Positions 11,160 through 19,903 of a DNA stretch of 29,444 bases are shown one piece after another. The notes under the pieces were generated by a model. The model saw nothing but the letters and a program-made list of their open reading frames with translations. It was not told the origin of the DNA and did not search any database. This DNA comes from Archangiaceae bacterium (GTDB lineage Bacteria > Myxococcota > Myxococcia > Myxococcales > Myxococcaceae): positions 1 to 29,444 of the forward strand of contig JAYVCD010000354.1 in NCBI GenBank assembly GCA_043750125.1. Reading direction: 5' to 3'. Position 1 is the stretch's first letter; the number at the start of each line of letters is the position of its first letter. The translations under genes were made by a program, and so were the position numbers.

Positions 11160-12557
11160 ATGGACGCGCGGATCGTCGAATTTGCCGAAGTGCTGAGGCA
11201 GAACGGACTGAAGGTCGCGGTGTCCGAGACGCTCGATGCGGCGCGCGCGGCCTCCGAGCTGGGGCTGGCGGATCGCGATCAATTCCGGGCAGTGATGCGC
11301 GCGACGCTGTGCAAGCGGGAAGCAGACGTGGCGAGCTTTGATCGGGCGTTCGAGTTTTATTTCACCGGCGCGGCCCGCACGTTCGAGAGAATCGACGAGG
11401 CGCTCGCCCGGCGCATCGAGGAAGAAGGCCTGCTCGAGGGCGACGAGCTGAAGATGATTCTCTGGATGTTGCCCCAGCTGGCCGGGGGGATGTCGCCGAT
11501 GGCACAGGCGGTTCTCAACGGCGATCGTGCGCAGCTGGCGCAGATCTTCCGGCAAGCCGCGCTGCAGCTCGACTTCGGGCGGATGCAGAGCTCACTACAG
11601 ACCGGCTTCTTCACCCGGCGCATGCTGGTGGGCGCCGGGGTCGAGACGATGCGCTCAGATCTGGCCGCGCTCAACGGTGAGCTGGCCGCGCGCGGAGTCA
11701 GCCCGGGGGGGCTCGAGGTCGTCTCGCGGTACCTGAGCGAGGCGATGCGCAAGGTGGAAGATGCGGCCCGGGCCGAGGTCAGCCGCCAGGGCGACGCGCG
11801 GCTGAGCAAAGCTTCCGGGGGGCTCAACGATCGGGCGTTTCACACCCTCTCGCGGGCAGAGGTCGAAAAGGCCCAGAGCGCCGTTCGGGCGATGGCCGAC
11901 AAGCTGAAAGCCCGGCTGGTTCGACGCGGGCGCAGCAAGCGCAAAGGCGCGCTTCACCCGTTGCGGACGCTGCGGAAGAATCTCACCGCTGGCGGCGTGC
12001 CGATGGTTCCGCACTTTCGCACCCGAAGGCCACAGCGCCCCGAGGTCGTCGTGTTGTGCGACGTCTCGGACTCGGTGGCCAACGCGTCCCGAATGATGCT
12101 GCTGTTCATGTACACGATGCAGGAGCTCTTCACCCGGGTGCGCAGCTTCGTCTTCGTCTCGGAGATTGGCGAAGTGACGAAGCTGTTCAAGGACACGTCG
12201 CCCGAAGAGGCGATTGATCTCGCCACCGCGGGAAAGGTGATCTCGGTCGCCAGCAACAGCAATTACGGAAACGCGCTGGCGAGCTTTTCCCGCGGCTACC
12301 TGGGGAGCATCTCGCGCCGCAGCACGGTGCTGGTGATCGGCGATGGTCGCAACAACTACAACCCCGCCAACGTCTGGGCGCTCGAGGACCTCAAGCGCAA
12401 GGCAAAGCGGGTGGTGTGGATCTGCACCGAGCCGAAGACTTCGTGGGGGTTTGGGGACAGCGAGATGAGGAACTACGCCCGCGCCTGCCATCAGGTCGTC
12501 ACCGTGCAGACGTTGGCAGATCTTCAAAAGGTGGCCGCCCAGCTCGTCCCCACCTGA
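11160..12557 (+). CDS. CoxE-like VWA-domain protein
   Basis: F..LR..G..V N-terminus, RTLRKNL..GG, MIDAS-like CDVSDSV, SNYG, and IGDGRNNY. Confidence 0.88.
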   Translation: MDARIVEFAEVLRQNGLKVAVSETLDAARAASELGLADRDQFRAVMRATLCKREADVASFDRAFEFYFTGAARTFERIDEALARRIEEEGLLEGDELKMILWMLPQLAGGMSPMAQAVLNGDRAQLAQIFRQAALQLDFGRMQSSLQTGFFTRRMLVGAGVETMRSDLAALNGELAARGVSPGGLEVVSRYLSEAMRKVEDAARAEVSRQGDARLSKASGGLNDRAFHTLSRAEVEKAQSAVRAMADKLKARLVRRGRSKRKGALHPLRTLRKNLTAGGVPMVPHFRTRRPQRPEVVVLCDVSDSVANASRMMLLFMYTMQELFTRVRSFVFVSEIGEVTKLFKDTSPEEAIDLATAGKVISVASNSNYGNALASFSRGYLGSISRRSTVLVIGDGRNNYNPANVWALEDLKRKAKRVVWICTEPKTSWGFGDSEMRNYARACHQVVTVQTLADLQKVAAQLVPT

Positions 12558-12563
12558 ACGCCT

Positions 12564-15500
12564 TCAGCGGCGTCGCTGGGTCCAGGTCGCCAGCAGCAGC
12601 GCCAGCACTCCGAAGATTCCCAGGGCCCCACCGTTCGTCCCGCAGCCGCAGTCTTTCGAGCTGATGGCACAGGCCCCTTTCACGCATTCCTCGCCCGCCT
12701 GGCACCGCGCGCCATTGTCGACCAGGCCATCGCAGTCGTCGTCGAGGCCGTTGCACCGCTCGTAGCTCGGCGAAGTGGCGCTGCACTCGGGCGCTCCGGT
12801 CGAACAGGAACCGGCGCACACGCCCAGGCCCAGGCACGCAGTGCGGGCTCCCCGGGGCTGGCCGATGTGAAGCGGGCTGCAGGTCCCAAGGGTCGCGGGC
12901 AAATCGCAGGCTTCGCACTGGCCGGCACAGACGCGGTTGCAACACACTCCATCGACACAGCGGCCCGTTTGGCACTGACGATCGTTCGCGCAGGCCGTTG
13001 CTTGCGACAACCGGGGGACGCAGACGTTGGCGGAACAGTAATGCTCGGAGCTGCACATTTCGTTGGTGGTGCAAAGGCCTTCGCAGCCCGTCTTCCCGCA
13101 TCCCATCGCGCAGACCTGGGTCTGAAGTGCCGGGCAGGCCCCGGTGCCCACGCACACCGCGCTGAGCGCAGCCACACCGTCGGCACAACTGGGCTCACTG
13201 CAGAGGGTTTCCCCAGCCGGATAGCTGCACGCGGTGGGGCTGGCTTCGCACCGGCCGGTGCAGACCCCTCCATCGCCGGAGCAGTTGGCCCTGGACCCCA
13301 CCGGAGCTCCGACCGACTGGCCGCAGAGGCCTTCTTTTCCCGGACGGCCGCAGGTCTCGCATTGGCCCGAGCAGCCGCGGTCACAGCAATAGCCATCGAT
13401 GCAGAACCCCGAAGTGCACGCCGCGGCCGAGGCACAGGCGTTTCCCACCGGTTCTGAAGGGGAACAGACGCTGTTCGTGCAGAAATTGCCGGGAGCGCAT
13501 TGAGCCGAGGTCACGCACGCCGCTGGACAGCTGGCCGCGCTGCCACACAGGTAGGGGGCACAGGACGGCGTGCCGAGGCTGCCCGCCTTCACGGTACAGG
13601 TTCCGTTGGCCGAAGCGCCCAGCGCGCTCGAGCAGACATCGCAGCTTCCCGAGCAGGCTGAGTTGCAACACCGGCCGTCCGCGCAAAACCCCGAGGCGCA
13701 TTGGGTTCCTGCGGTGCAAGATCCGCCCAGCGCCAGCACCGGGACGCAGGCGCTCGAAGAGCAGAAGCGAGCGCTGGCGCAGTCGGCAGTGGATGCACAT
13801 TGGGTGGGGCAGCTCGCCGAAGCGCCGCACTTGTAGGCCCCGCACGAAGGCGTGCCCGCCGACCCTGCGACCACCGAGCAGGTGCCATTGGCCAAAGACC
13901 CCAGTGCCGCCGAGCAGACATCGCAACTGCCCGAGCACGGGGAATCGCAGCAAAAACCGTTCGCGCACGACGCCGACAGGCACTCAGCCGAAGCGGCGCA
14001 GCTCTGTCCATTCGTCTTGGGCAACACGCAGACGTTGCCCAGGCACACAGTTCCCGCGACGCAATGCGAATTGCTGGTGCAGCTCGTAGGGCAGGCGGCG
14101 CCAAATCCGCGGCAGAGGTACGGAGTGCACGAGGGAATTCCGGGGCCGGAATTCTGGGTGCAGGTGCCATTGGCCGTGGCGCCCAGGGACAGCGCGCACA
14201 CGTTACAAGAGCCGACGCAGGACGAGTTGCAACAAAACCCGTCGACGCAGTTGTTCGAAAAGCATTGAGTGGCGGCAGTACACGACGCTCCGGTCGCTTG
14301 CAGTCCGACACACGCGCCTGCAATGCAGGTGGTCCCGGGGCCGCATTGGGCGGGCAGGGTGCAGGTCGAGGGGCAGGTGTTGGCTCCCGCGCACAGGTAC
14401 GGCCCGCACGCCGAGGACGAAGTGCCCGACGCCAGCAGGGTGCACGTGCCCGCCGTCCCCCCCAGGTTGCAGGCCTCGCAGCCGCCGGCGCACGCGCTGC
14501 CGCAGCAGGTCGAGTTGGCGCAGAACCCCGAGGCACATTGGTTCGCGCCCGCGCAGACCGCTCCGGAAGAACCCTTGGGAACGCAGGAACCCACAGAGCA
14601 CCAGTTTCCAGCCGAGCATTGGGCGTCAGCGGAGCAGCTCGTCGGACACACAGCGGTCGAACCGGTGCAGACGAACGGCGCGCAGGCTGGATTCCCCGCG
14701 CCGCCCACCAGGGCGCAGGTCCCATTGACTGCCGCGCCCTGAGCGACCGAACAGGCATCGCAAGATCCAGAACACGCGCTGTTGCAGCACAGGCCGTCCG
14801 CGCAGAAGCCGGCGGTGCATTCATTGTTTGCGGCGCAGCTCTGGCCTTGCGCTTTTTTCACCAGGCAGGCGCCGGTTCCGCAATAGCGACCCGCGACGCA
14901 CTCGGTGTCGAGGCTGCACGAGGCAGGGCAGCTCGCCGTGCCCGAACAGACGAAAGGGGCGCAGCTGGGGGTTCCGGCCGAGCCCGGCGTGAGCACGGTG
15001 CAAGTTCCATTGGCTGACGCGCCGAGGGCTGCGGTGCAGACGTCGCAGGAGCCCGAGCAACCGCCGCTGCAACACACCCCGTCGGCGCAGAAGTTCGAAG
15101 CGCACTCGACGGCCCCCGCGCATGCGATGCCCAGCGCCTTCTTGGGGACGCAGACGTTCGCTGTGCAGGTGTAGCCAACGGCGCACTGCGCAGGGACGGT
15201 GCAGGTGTTGGGGCAGGCGGTCGAGCTGCCGTTGCAGGCGTAGGGCGAGCAGCTGACGGGAGCTCCGGGGGCGCCCAGGATCGAGGTCGAGCACGTTCCG
15301 TTGGTGACGCCGTTGAGGGCCATTGAGCACGCGTCGCAGTTGAGCCCGCAGGTCGAGCTGCAACAAAAGCCGTCGATGCACAGCCCGTTGGTGCACTCGC
15401 TGCCGACTCCGCAGGCGCCTCCGGTAGGGCAGGGAATGGTGACCGTCAACAGCGCGCGCGCGGGACGATCTCCGTTCTCGCTCAGGTTGCCGTTGACCGC

Positions 15501-15986
15501 GTTTCCCCACCCGTGAAGGACCACCTGAGATCCACAGGTCGCAGACATCGCCGCGGTGACGGTGAATTGAAAGTCGGCGGTGAAGCTGGCGTTGAAGGCC
15601 CGAGGAGAGGTGTGGGTGACTTCGTTGCGCCCCCCCGTTCCAGAAATATTTCTCACTCCCACGTCCGCGGCGAGGCTGAGCGTTGCGGCAGTGGTGGTGG
15701 CTGCGACGTTGAACCCGGCGTTGATCTGCAGCCCGCTGAAGGTCGTCACTCTCAACGTCAGCACTGCTGCGCTGCCGCGCTCGAGGGTGAGGGTCGAGAC
15801 GGGGTTGTTTGCCGAATTGCGAAAGCCGGCGGTGGGAAGGATTCCGCCCGAGTGACATTCGTTGCACCCAACGGTGTTGAAGCCATTCCATTGGGTCGAG
15901 TCGACGCCGTTCACATGAGCTTCTGCCATCGACCCGCCGAACAGAATCAGTGCGATGCACAGCAGAAGAGGCGTCGAGAGTTTCAC
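12564..15986 (-). CDS. Large Cys-rich cell-surface protein: signal peptide, CxxCH + Reeler-like (MXAN_6652/choice-of-anchor V-like) domain, 9 Cys-rich repeats, MopE-like metal-binding motif, MYXO-CTERM
   Basis: AEA-H cleavage site; CNECH; AGFNVA..THTSP..GNAVNGN..GD; nine CxD/NxxCC modules; ERCNGLDDDCDGLVD; C-terminal CGC-TM-RRR. Confidence 0.85.
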   Translation of the reverse strand: MKLSTPLLLCIALILFGGSMAEAHVNGVDSTQWNGFNTVGCNECHSGGILPTAGFRNSANNPVSTLTLERGSAAVLTLRVTTFSGLQINAGFNVAATTTAATLSLAADVGVRNISGTGGRNEVTHTSPRAFNASFTADFQFTVTAAMSATCGSQVVLHGWGNAVNGNLSENGDRPARALLTVTIPCPTGGACGVGSECTNGLCIDGFCCSSTCGLNCDACSMALNGVTNGTCSTSILGAPGAPVSCSPYACNGSSTACPNTCTVPAQCAVGYTCTANVCVPKKALGIACAGAVECASNFCADGVCCSGGCSGSCDVCTAALGASANGTCTVLTPGSAGTPSCAPFVCSGTASCPASCSLDTECVAGRYCGTGACLVKKAQGQSCAANNECTAGFCADGLCCNSACSGSCDACSVAQGAAVNGTCALVGGAGNPACAPFVCTGSTAVCPTSCSADAQCSAGNWCSVGSCVPKGSSGAVCAGANQCASGFCANSTCCGSACAGGCEACNLGGTAGTCTLLASGTSSSACGPYLCAGANTCPSTCTLPAQCGPGTTCIAGACVGLQATGASCTAATQCFSNNCVDGFCCNSSCVGSCNVCALSLGATANGTCTQNSGPGIPSCTPYLCRGFGAACPTSCTSNSHCVAGTVCLGNVCVLPKTNGQSCAASAECLSASCANGFCCDSPCSGSCDVCSAALGSLANGTCSVVAGSAGTPSCGAYKCGASASCPTQCASTADCASARFCSSSACVPVLALGGSCTAGTQCASGFCADGRCCNSACSGSCDVCSSALGASANGTCTVKAGSLGTPSCAPYLCGSAASCPAACVTSAQCAPGNFCTNSVCSPSEPVGNACASAAACTSGFCIDGYCCDRGCSGQCETCGRPGKEGLCGQSVGAPVGSRANCSGDGGVCTGRCEASPTACSYPAGETLCSEPSCADGVAALSAVCVGTGACPALQTQVCAMGCGKTGCEGLCTTNEMCSSEHYCSANVCVPRLSQATACANDRQCQTGRCVDGVCCNRVCAGQCEACDLPATLGTCSPLHIGQPRGARTACLGLGVCAGSCSTGAPECSATSPSYERCNGLDDDCDGLVDNGARCQAGEECVKGACAISSKDCGCGTNGGALGIFGVLALLLATWTQRRR
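12760..15431 (-). repeat. Nine degenerate Cys-rich coding repeats (mostly ~95 aa)
   Basis: Cores CIDGFCC, CADGVCC, CADGLCC, CANSTCC, CVDGFCC, CANGFCC, CADGRCC, CIDGYCC and CVDGVCC, most followed by GxCxxC...NGTC...PSCxP(Y/F)xC. Confidence 0.85.
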
Positions 15987-16056
15987 GGAAGGCCTTCATC
16001 GTAGCCGAATGCGTTCCTTGACTTTGATCCGAGCCAGAACGGATCCTCTCGGGCCT

Positions 16057-16506
16057 TTGTCCACCCGATTCGCACTTCCCTCAGCTCTCGGTGCGGCTTG
16101 CTTGTTGGCCGCGTGTTGGCCGGGTCCAAGAATTGGCGAGAAGTTCGATGGGGGGGGGATCATCGCCAACGGCGCGGTCGCATTCAGCGAGATTCAAAGC
16201 CAGGTGTTTACCCGATCGTGCCTGGGCTCTTCGTGTCACGAAGGGCTGCCGCCGCGCGACGCTCCGATGTCTCTCGAGACGGGCCAGGGGTACGCAGAGA
16301 TGGTGGGCATCTCTGCGACGCAGACCACCGGGAAACGGGTCATTCCGGGCGACCCGGCGAACAGCTACTTGATCCAAAAGCTTCGGGGTACCGCCCAGAG
16401 CGTCGGGGGGGTCGCCACCCGGATGCCGCTCAACGCTCCGCCGCTCGACCCGGCGACGATCGCCGCGATCGAGGCCTGGATTGCGCGCGGGGCGCCCAAT
16501 GACTGA
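16057..16506 (+). CDS. Lipoprotein with planctomycete-type (PSCyt1-like) cytochrome c domain
   Basis: Lipobox LAAC; F..IQ..VF..SCLGSSCH...VIPGDPANSYL..KL...RMP...L....I..WI..GA pattern. Start is TTG 16057 or ATG 16009. Confidence 0.7.
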   Translation: MSTRFALPSALGAACLLAACWPGPRIGEKFDGGGIIANGAVAFSEIQSQVFTRSCLGSSCHEGLPPRDAPMSLETGQGYAEMVGISATQTTGKRVIPGDPANSYLIQKLRGTAQSVGGVATRMPLNAPPLDPATIAAIEAWIARGAPND

Positions 16507-17620
16507 TCGCGTGCGCCTGGTCTGCCTGGGCCTGCTGCTGACTTCGAGCCTCACCCAATCGGCCGAGGTCAAGGCTTCGGGTTCGGCGTACTTTGATTAC
16601 TGGGGGATGTCTTCGGAACGAGCGCGGGTCGGATCAATCGCCGGAATCACGCCCGAGATGGCGATCAAGATTGAAGCCGAGGCGCACGAGAAGCTCTCGT
16701 TCACCGGCCGCATCTGCTTCGGCTGCCATGGCCTGGAAGTCGATCGCGCGCATGTGGACTTCACCCCGTACGACCAGATCAACATTCAAGCGGGGCGCAT
16801 CGGAGTTCCGTTTGGGGACTTTGCCCTGCGCTACGAGCCGACTTCTCGGCACACGGTCACCAACCCGCTGATCTTCGAAATGGGCCGGATGTCGTACTAC
16901 CAGAAGTCGGCGTTCAACCTGGGCGTGGTGCCCCAGCCCTATGTGGACACCGGAGTGATCGTCTACGGGCAGTTCGCGCTCAGCGACACCCTGGCCCTTT
17001 GGTACGGGGCGTATGGAGTGGCGGGCTTCAAGGGCAACAACGACTTCGACTACCCCTCGATGCGCACTCCGTTCTACGCCGACAACAACAAGTTACCGTC
17101 GTGGGGGGGGCGGTTGAAGCTCAGCTACACCGCGTCGGACGCGGACTTCAAGGTGAGGAGCATCACCCTGGGAGTGTCCGGAATGCACGGCCGCTACGAC
17201 CCTCAACACACCCGCGACTACACGGCATTGGGCGTCGATGCGACCACCCGGATTGGGATCGCGACGATTCGAGCCGAAGTCGCCTTCCTGCGGGTGAACC
17301 TCGACCCCGCGGTTTCAGGTTATGGCTACGCGTTGCTCGACCCCTGGATCGAGAAGGGCGGCGCCTATTTCGAGATCGAGCACCCACTGTTCGAGCGGTT
17401 GATTCTCGTCTACCGGGCCGATGCCTTGCGTCGGGTCGGCGTTCAGTTGCCGGGCGCCGACCCCCGCCTTTCGCCCGACAGCTGGATCTTGCGTTACACC
17501 CAGGCGCTGCAGCTCGAGCTTGCGTACGGGGTGTATTTGAAGGGCGAGTACCAATACTCGTGGATGAACGACTTCCCTTCGTTCCACAGCTTTCACGCCG
17601 GGCTGGGGGGCGCCTTTTGA
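16499..17620 (+). CDS. Outer-membrane beta-barrel (porin-like) protein with a CxxCH motif
   Basis: Signal peptide, alternating amphipathic strands, IQAGRIGVPFG porin-type motif, terminal Phe, and CFGCH. Overlaps the upstream stop by 8 nt. Confidence 0.75.
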   Translation: MTDRVRLVCLGLLLTSSLTQSAEVKASGSAYFDYWGMSSERARVGSIAGITPEMAIKIEAEAHEKLSFTGRICFGCHGLEVDRAHVDFTPYDQINIQAGRIGVPFGDFALRYEPTSRHTVTNPLIFEMGRMSYYQKSAFNLGVVPQPYVDTGVIVYGQFALSDTLALWYGAYGVAGFKGNNDFDYPSMRTPFYADNNKLPSWGGRLKLSYTASDADFKVRSITLGVSGMHGRYDPQHTRDYTALGVDATTRIGIATIRAEVAFLRVNLDPAVSGYGYALLDPWIEKGGAYFEIEHPLFERLILVYRADALRRVGVQLPGADPRLSPDSWILRYTQALQLELAYGVYLKGEYQYSWMNDFPSFHSFHAGLGGAF

Positions 17621-19467
17621 GCGACCCGAGCGGCCCGATCAAATTCGGGAAGTACACCGTTCTGGCGCGCATCGGCGCCGGAGGGATGGCTGAGGTCTTC
17701 AAGTGCCGGCAGGCGGGCATCGGGGGCTTCGACAAGATCGTGGTGATCAAGAGGATCCTTCCGGACCTCGCCCAGGATCCCGAGATCGTCACGATGTTCC
17801 TCGACGAAGCGCGGCTGGCGGCAAATCTGAACCACCCGAACATCATTCAAATCTACGAAATCGACGAGTTCGGCGGGCTGCCCTACATCGCGATGGAATA
17901 TGTCCAGGGGCCGACGTTCCGCTCGATGCTCGGAATGCAGAAGCGCGCCGACCTGCCCTTCGAGATGGGCGTGGCGGCGAAGGTGATGTCCGGCATCTGC
18001 TCGGCGCTCTATTACGTTCACAACACCTGCGACGTGCAGGGCCGGCCGCTGCAGATGATTCACCGCGACGTGAGCCCGCCCAACATTCTCGTTTCGACCG
18101 ACGGAGTGCCCAAGCTGCTCGACTTCGGAGTCGCTAAAGCGCTCAGCCAGGCCTCGACCACGCGGGCCGGAGCCGTCAAAGGCAAGCTGAAGTTCATGCC
18201 CCCCGAGCAGATGCAGCCCGACGTTCAAATCGATCACCGCCTCGATATTTTTTCGGCGGGCGTCTGCCTCTACCAGGCCACCACCGGCCGGCTGCCGTAC
18301 AACGGGGTCGACGACGTGGCGATCATCATCGCCGCGGCGAAAGGCGAATTTCTGCCGCCGAGCGCGCTGGTTCCGGGCTACCCCCCCGAGCTGGAACAAA
18401 TCGTTCTGTGGGCGATGGAGCCGGACCGCAACAAGCGGTGCCCGAACGCAGACTTGCTGCACCAGGCGTTGGAAAAGTTCGTGGCGACGGCTCCATACGA
18501 GACCTCGACCCGAACGGTGAAGCAGCACATCGCCACCCTGTTCCCCCGGCTGGAAGAAGACAGCCGGGCGATGATCAACGCCTACTCGTCGGGCAAGCAC
18601 ACCGGGTCGCTCTCGTCCTTTCAACCGTCGGAAGCCATCGAAGCACGCCGAAACTCGCGCCCGTTGCCCGTGGTCGAAGAGTCGATCGCCCCGACTCGGC
18701 GCAGAGGCGTGATCGCTGTCGCGGCTTTCATCGCGCTGGCTGCAATCGCAACAGCAATCTGGCTCCTGGCCCGATCTCCGAAGGAACCGATCGCTGACCC
18801 GAGCGCAGAGGCGCGGTCGCACCTCGCGCTGGCCGAAGAGCTGATCGCGGCCCACAAACCCGAGATGGCGCGCGAGGCGCTGGGCCTGGCCCGGAAATCG
18901 AACATGGATGGCGCGCTTCAGGTTCGGGCCCGGGCGCTCGATGCTCAATTGGCCGCGCTCGCGCCGGTGGTGCCTACGCTCAAGCCCGTGCCCGTCGAGG
19001 TCTACGTCCCCACATCCCAGGGTCCGCCGGACAAGCCGAAAGTCGTCAACAATCGCCCCTCGAAGAAACCCGTTGCCGCGAAGAGCCCTGTTCCCGCCCC
19101 ACCCGAAGTGGCCAGGCCCGCGCCTGCGCCGGTGCCCGTGACAGTCGCCCCGGTGAAAGTTGAGCCCGCCCGGCCGCCGCCCGTCGCGGTGGCAGCCGCA
19201 GCGCCCGCCTCGCCTGCCGCCGACGACTTCGGGTGCAAGGACGACGCGGTTGCAAAAGGGGCGGGGCCGCCGCGAGGCACCTCTCGATGGTGTGAAGCGC
19301 CCGACGGCACCAAGCAGGGCCGGTCGGTGCGCTGGTACGCCAACGGGGTCAAAGCCGAAGAAGGCGAGTACAAGAACGGGAAGAAGAACGGCCGGTGGAT
19401 CGAGTACTTCGAAAGCGGTCTCGAGCGAGAACGCACCAACTGGCGTCGGGGCGTCACCGCCTTTTGA
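17617..19467 (+). CDS. Hanks-type Ser/Thr protein kinase with TM helix, Pro/Ala linker and C-terminal MORN-variant (YwqK-like) domain
   Basis: GAGGMA, VIK, HRDVSPPN, DFG and FMPPE motifs; TM GVIAVAAFIALAAIATAIWLLA; WYANG.K..EGEYKNGKKNGRW.EYFESG. TTG start overlaps the porin stop (TTGA). Confidence 0.92.
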   Translation: MSDPSGPIKFGKYTVLARIGAGGMAEVFKCRQAGIGGFDKIVVIKRILPDLAQDPEIVTMFLDEARLAANLNHPNIIQIYEIDEFGGLPYIAMEYVQGPTFRSMLGMQKRADLPFEMGVAAKVMSGICSALYYVHNTCDVQGRPLQMIHRDVSPPNILVSTDGVPKLLDFGVAKALSQASTTRAGAVKGKLKFMPPEQMQPDVQIDHRLDIFSAGVCLYQATTGRLPYNGVDDVAIIIAAAKGEFLPPSALVPGYPPELEQIVLWAMEPDRNKRCPNADLLHQALEKFVATAPYETSTRTVKQHIATLFPRLEEDSRAMINAYSSGKHTGSLSSFQPSEAIEARRNSRPLPVVEESIAPTRRRGVIAVAAFIALAAIATAIWLLARSPKEPIADPSAEARSHLALAEELIAAHKPEMAREALGLARKSNMDGALQVRARALDAQLAALAPVVPTLKPVPVEVYVPTSQGPPDKPKVVNNRPSKKPVAAKSPVPAPPEVARPAPAPVPVTVAPVKVEPARPPPVAVAAAAPASPAADDFGCKDDAVAKGAGPPRGTSRWCEAPDGTKQGRSVRWYANGVKAEEGEYKNGKKNGRWIEYFESGLERERTNWRRGVTAF

Positions 19468-19482
19468 AGCCCGGATCTTCCC

Positions 19483-19863
19483 ATGAGTGATGAGCGCACT
19501 TTGCGGTTGGCCCATCGGCCGGTCACGCCCGAGATCCTCGAAAAGTACAGTCAGTTCATTCGATTCGAGCAGGCGGGAGTGCCTGCGAGCCAGGGCCTGG
19601 AGCAGGTCGGGGTGACGGCGGACGACGTGGCGCGCACGGCTTCGGCGGTGAATGCTTTTTGCCGTCCCCGCCTGCTCAAGCGCAGGCTCGCGGGCGCAAA
19701 TGCCAACAGCGTGGAACGCCAACTGAAGCGGGTCGAAGAGCTGGCCCGACCGATTGACGACAGCGGGTTCATCGCCCTGTACGGGGAAGAGACCTACCGG
19801 GTACTGCGGGCTCAGGAAGAAGCGCTGATCGAGCTGCGCGCGAAGTCGGTGGGCGAGGGTTGA
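19483..19863 (+). CDS. Hypothetical protein
   Basis: 126-aa ORF with coding-like GC3 that fills the gap between the kinase and miaB. Confidence 0.7.
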   Translation: MSDERTLRLAHRPVTPEILEKYSQFIRFEQAGVPASQGLEQVGVTADDVARTASAVNAFCRPRLLKRRLAGANANSVERQLKRVEELARPIDDSGFIALYGEETYRVLRAQEEALIELRAKSVGEG

Positions 19864-19903
19864 TTTTCGCCTGCTGAAGGCCCGATAACCCGCGGCCGTC
19901 CCC

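Noticed and set aside
11160-12557. CO dehydrogenase (cox) cluster
   Set aside because: Only a CoxE-like VWA gene is present, with no coxMSL or MoxR partner in the window.
12760-15431. Multiheme cytochrome or ferredoxin interpretation of the Cys-rich region
   Set aside because: The CxxC pairs in the repeats lack the following His; there is only one CxxCH in the protein, and it is exported, so disulfides are more likely.
16999-17616. 206-aa N-terminal extension of the kinase in the ORF track
   Set aside because: It is an Arg-rich off-frame read of the porin gene; kinase-like sequence begins at TTG 17617.
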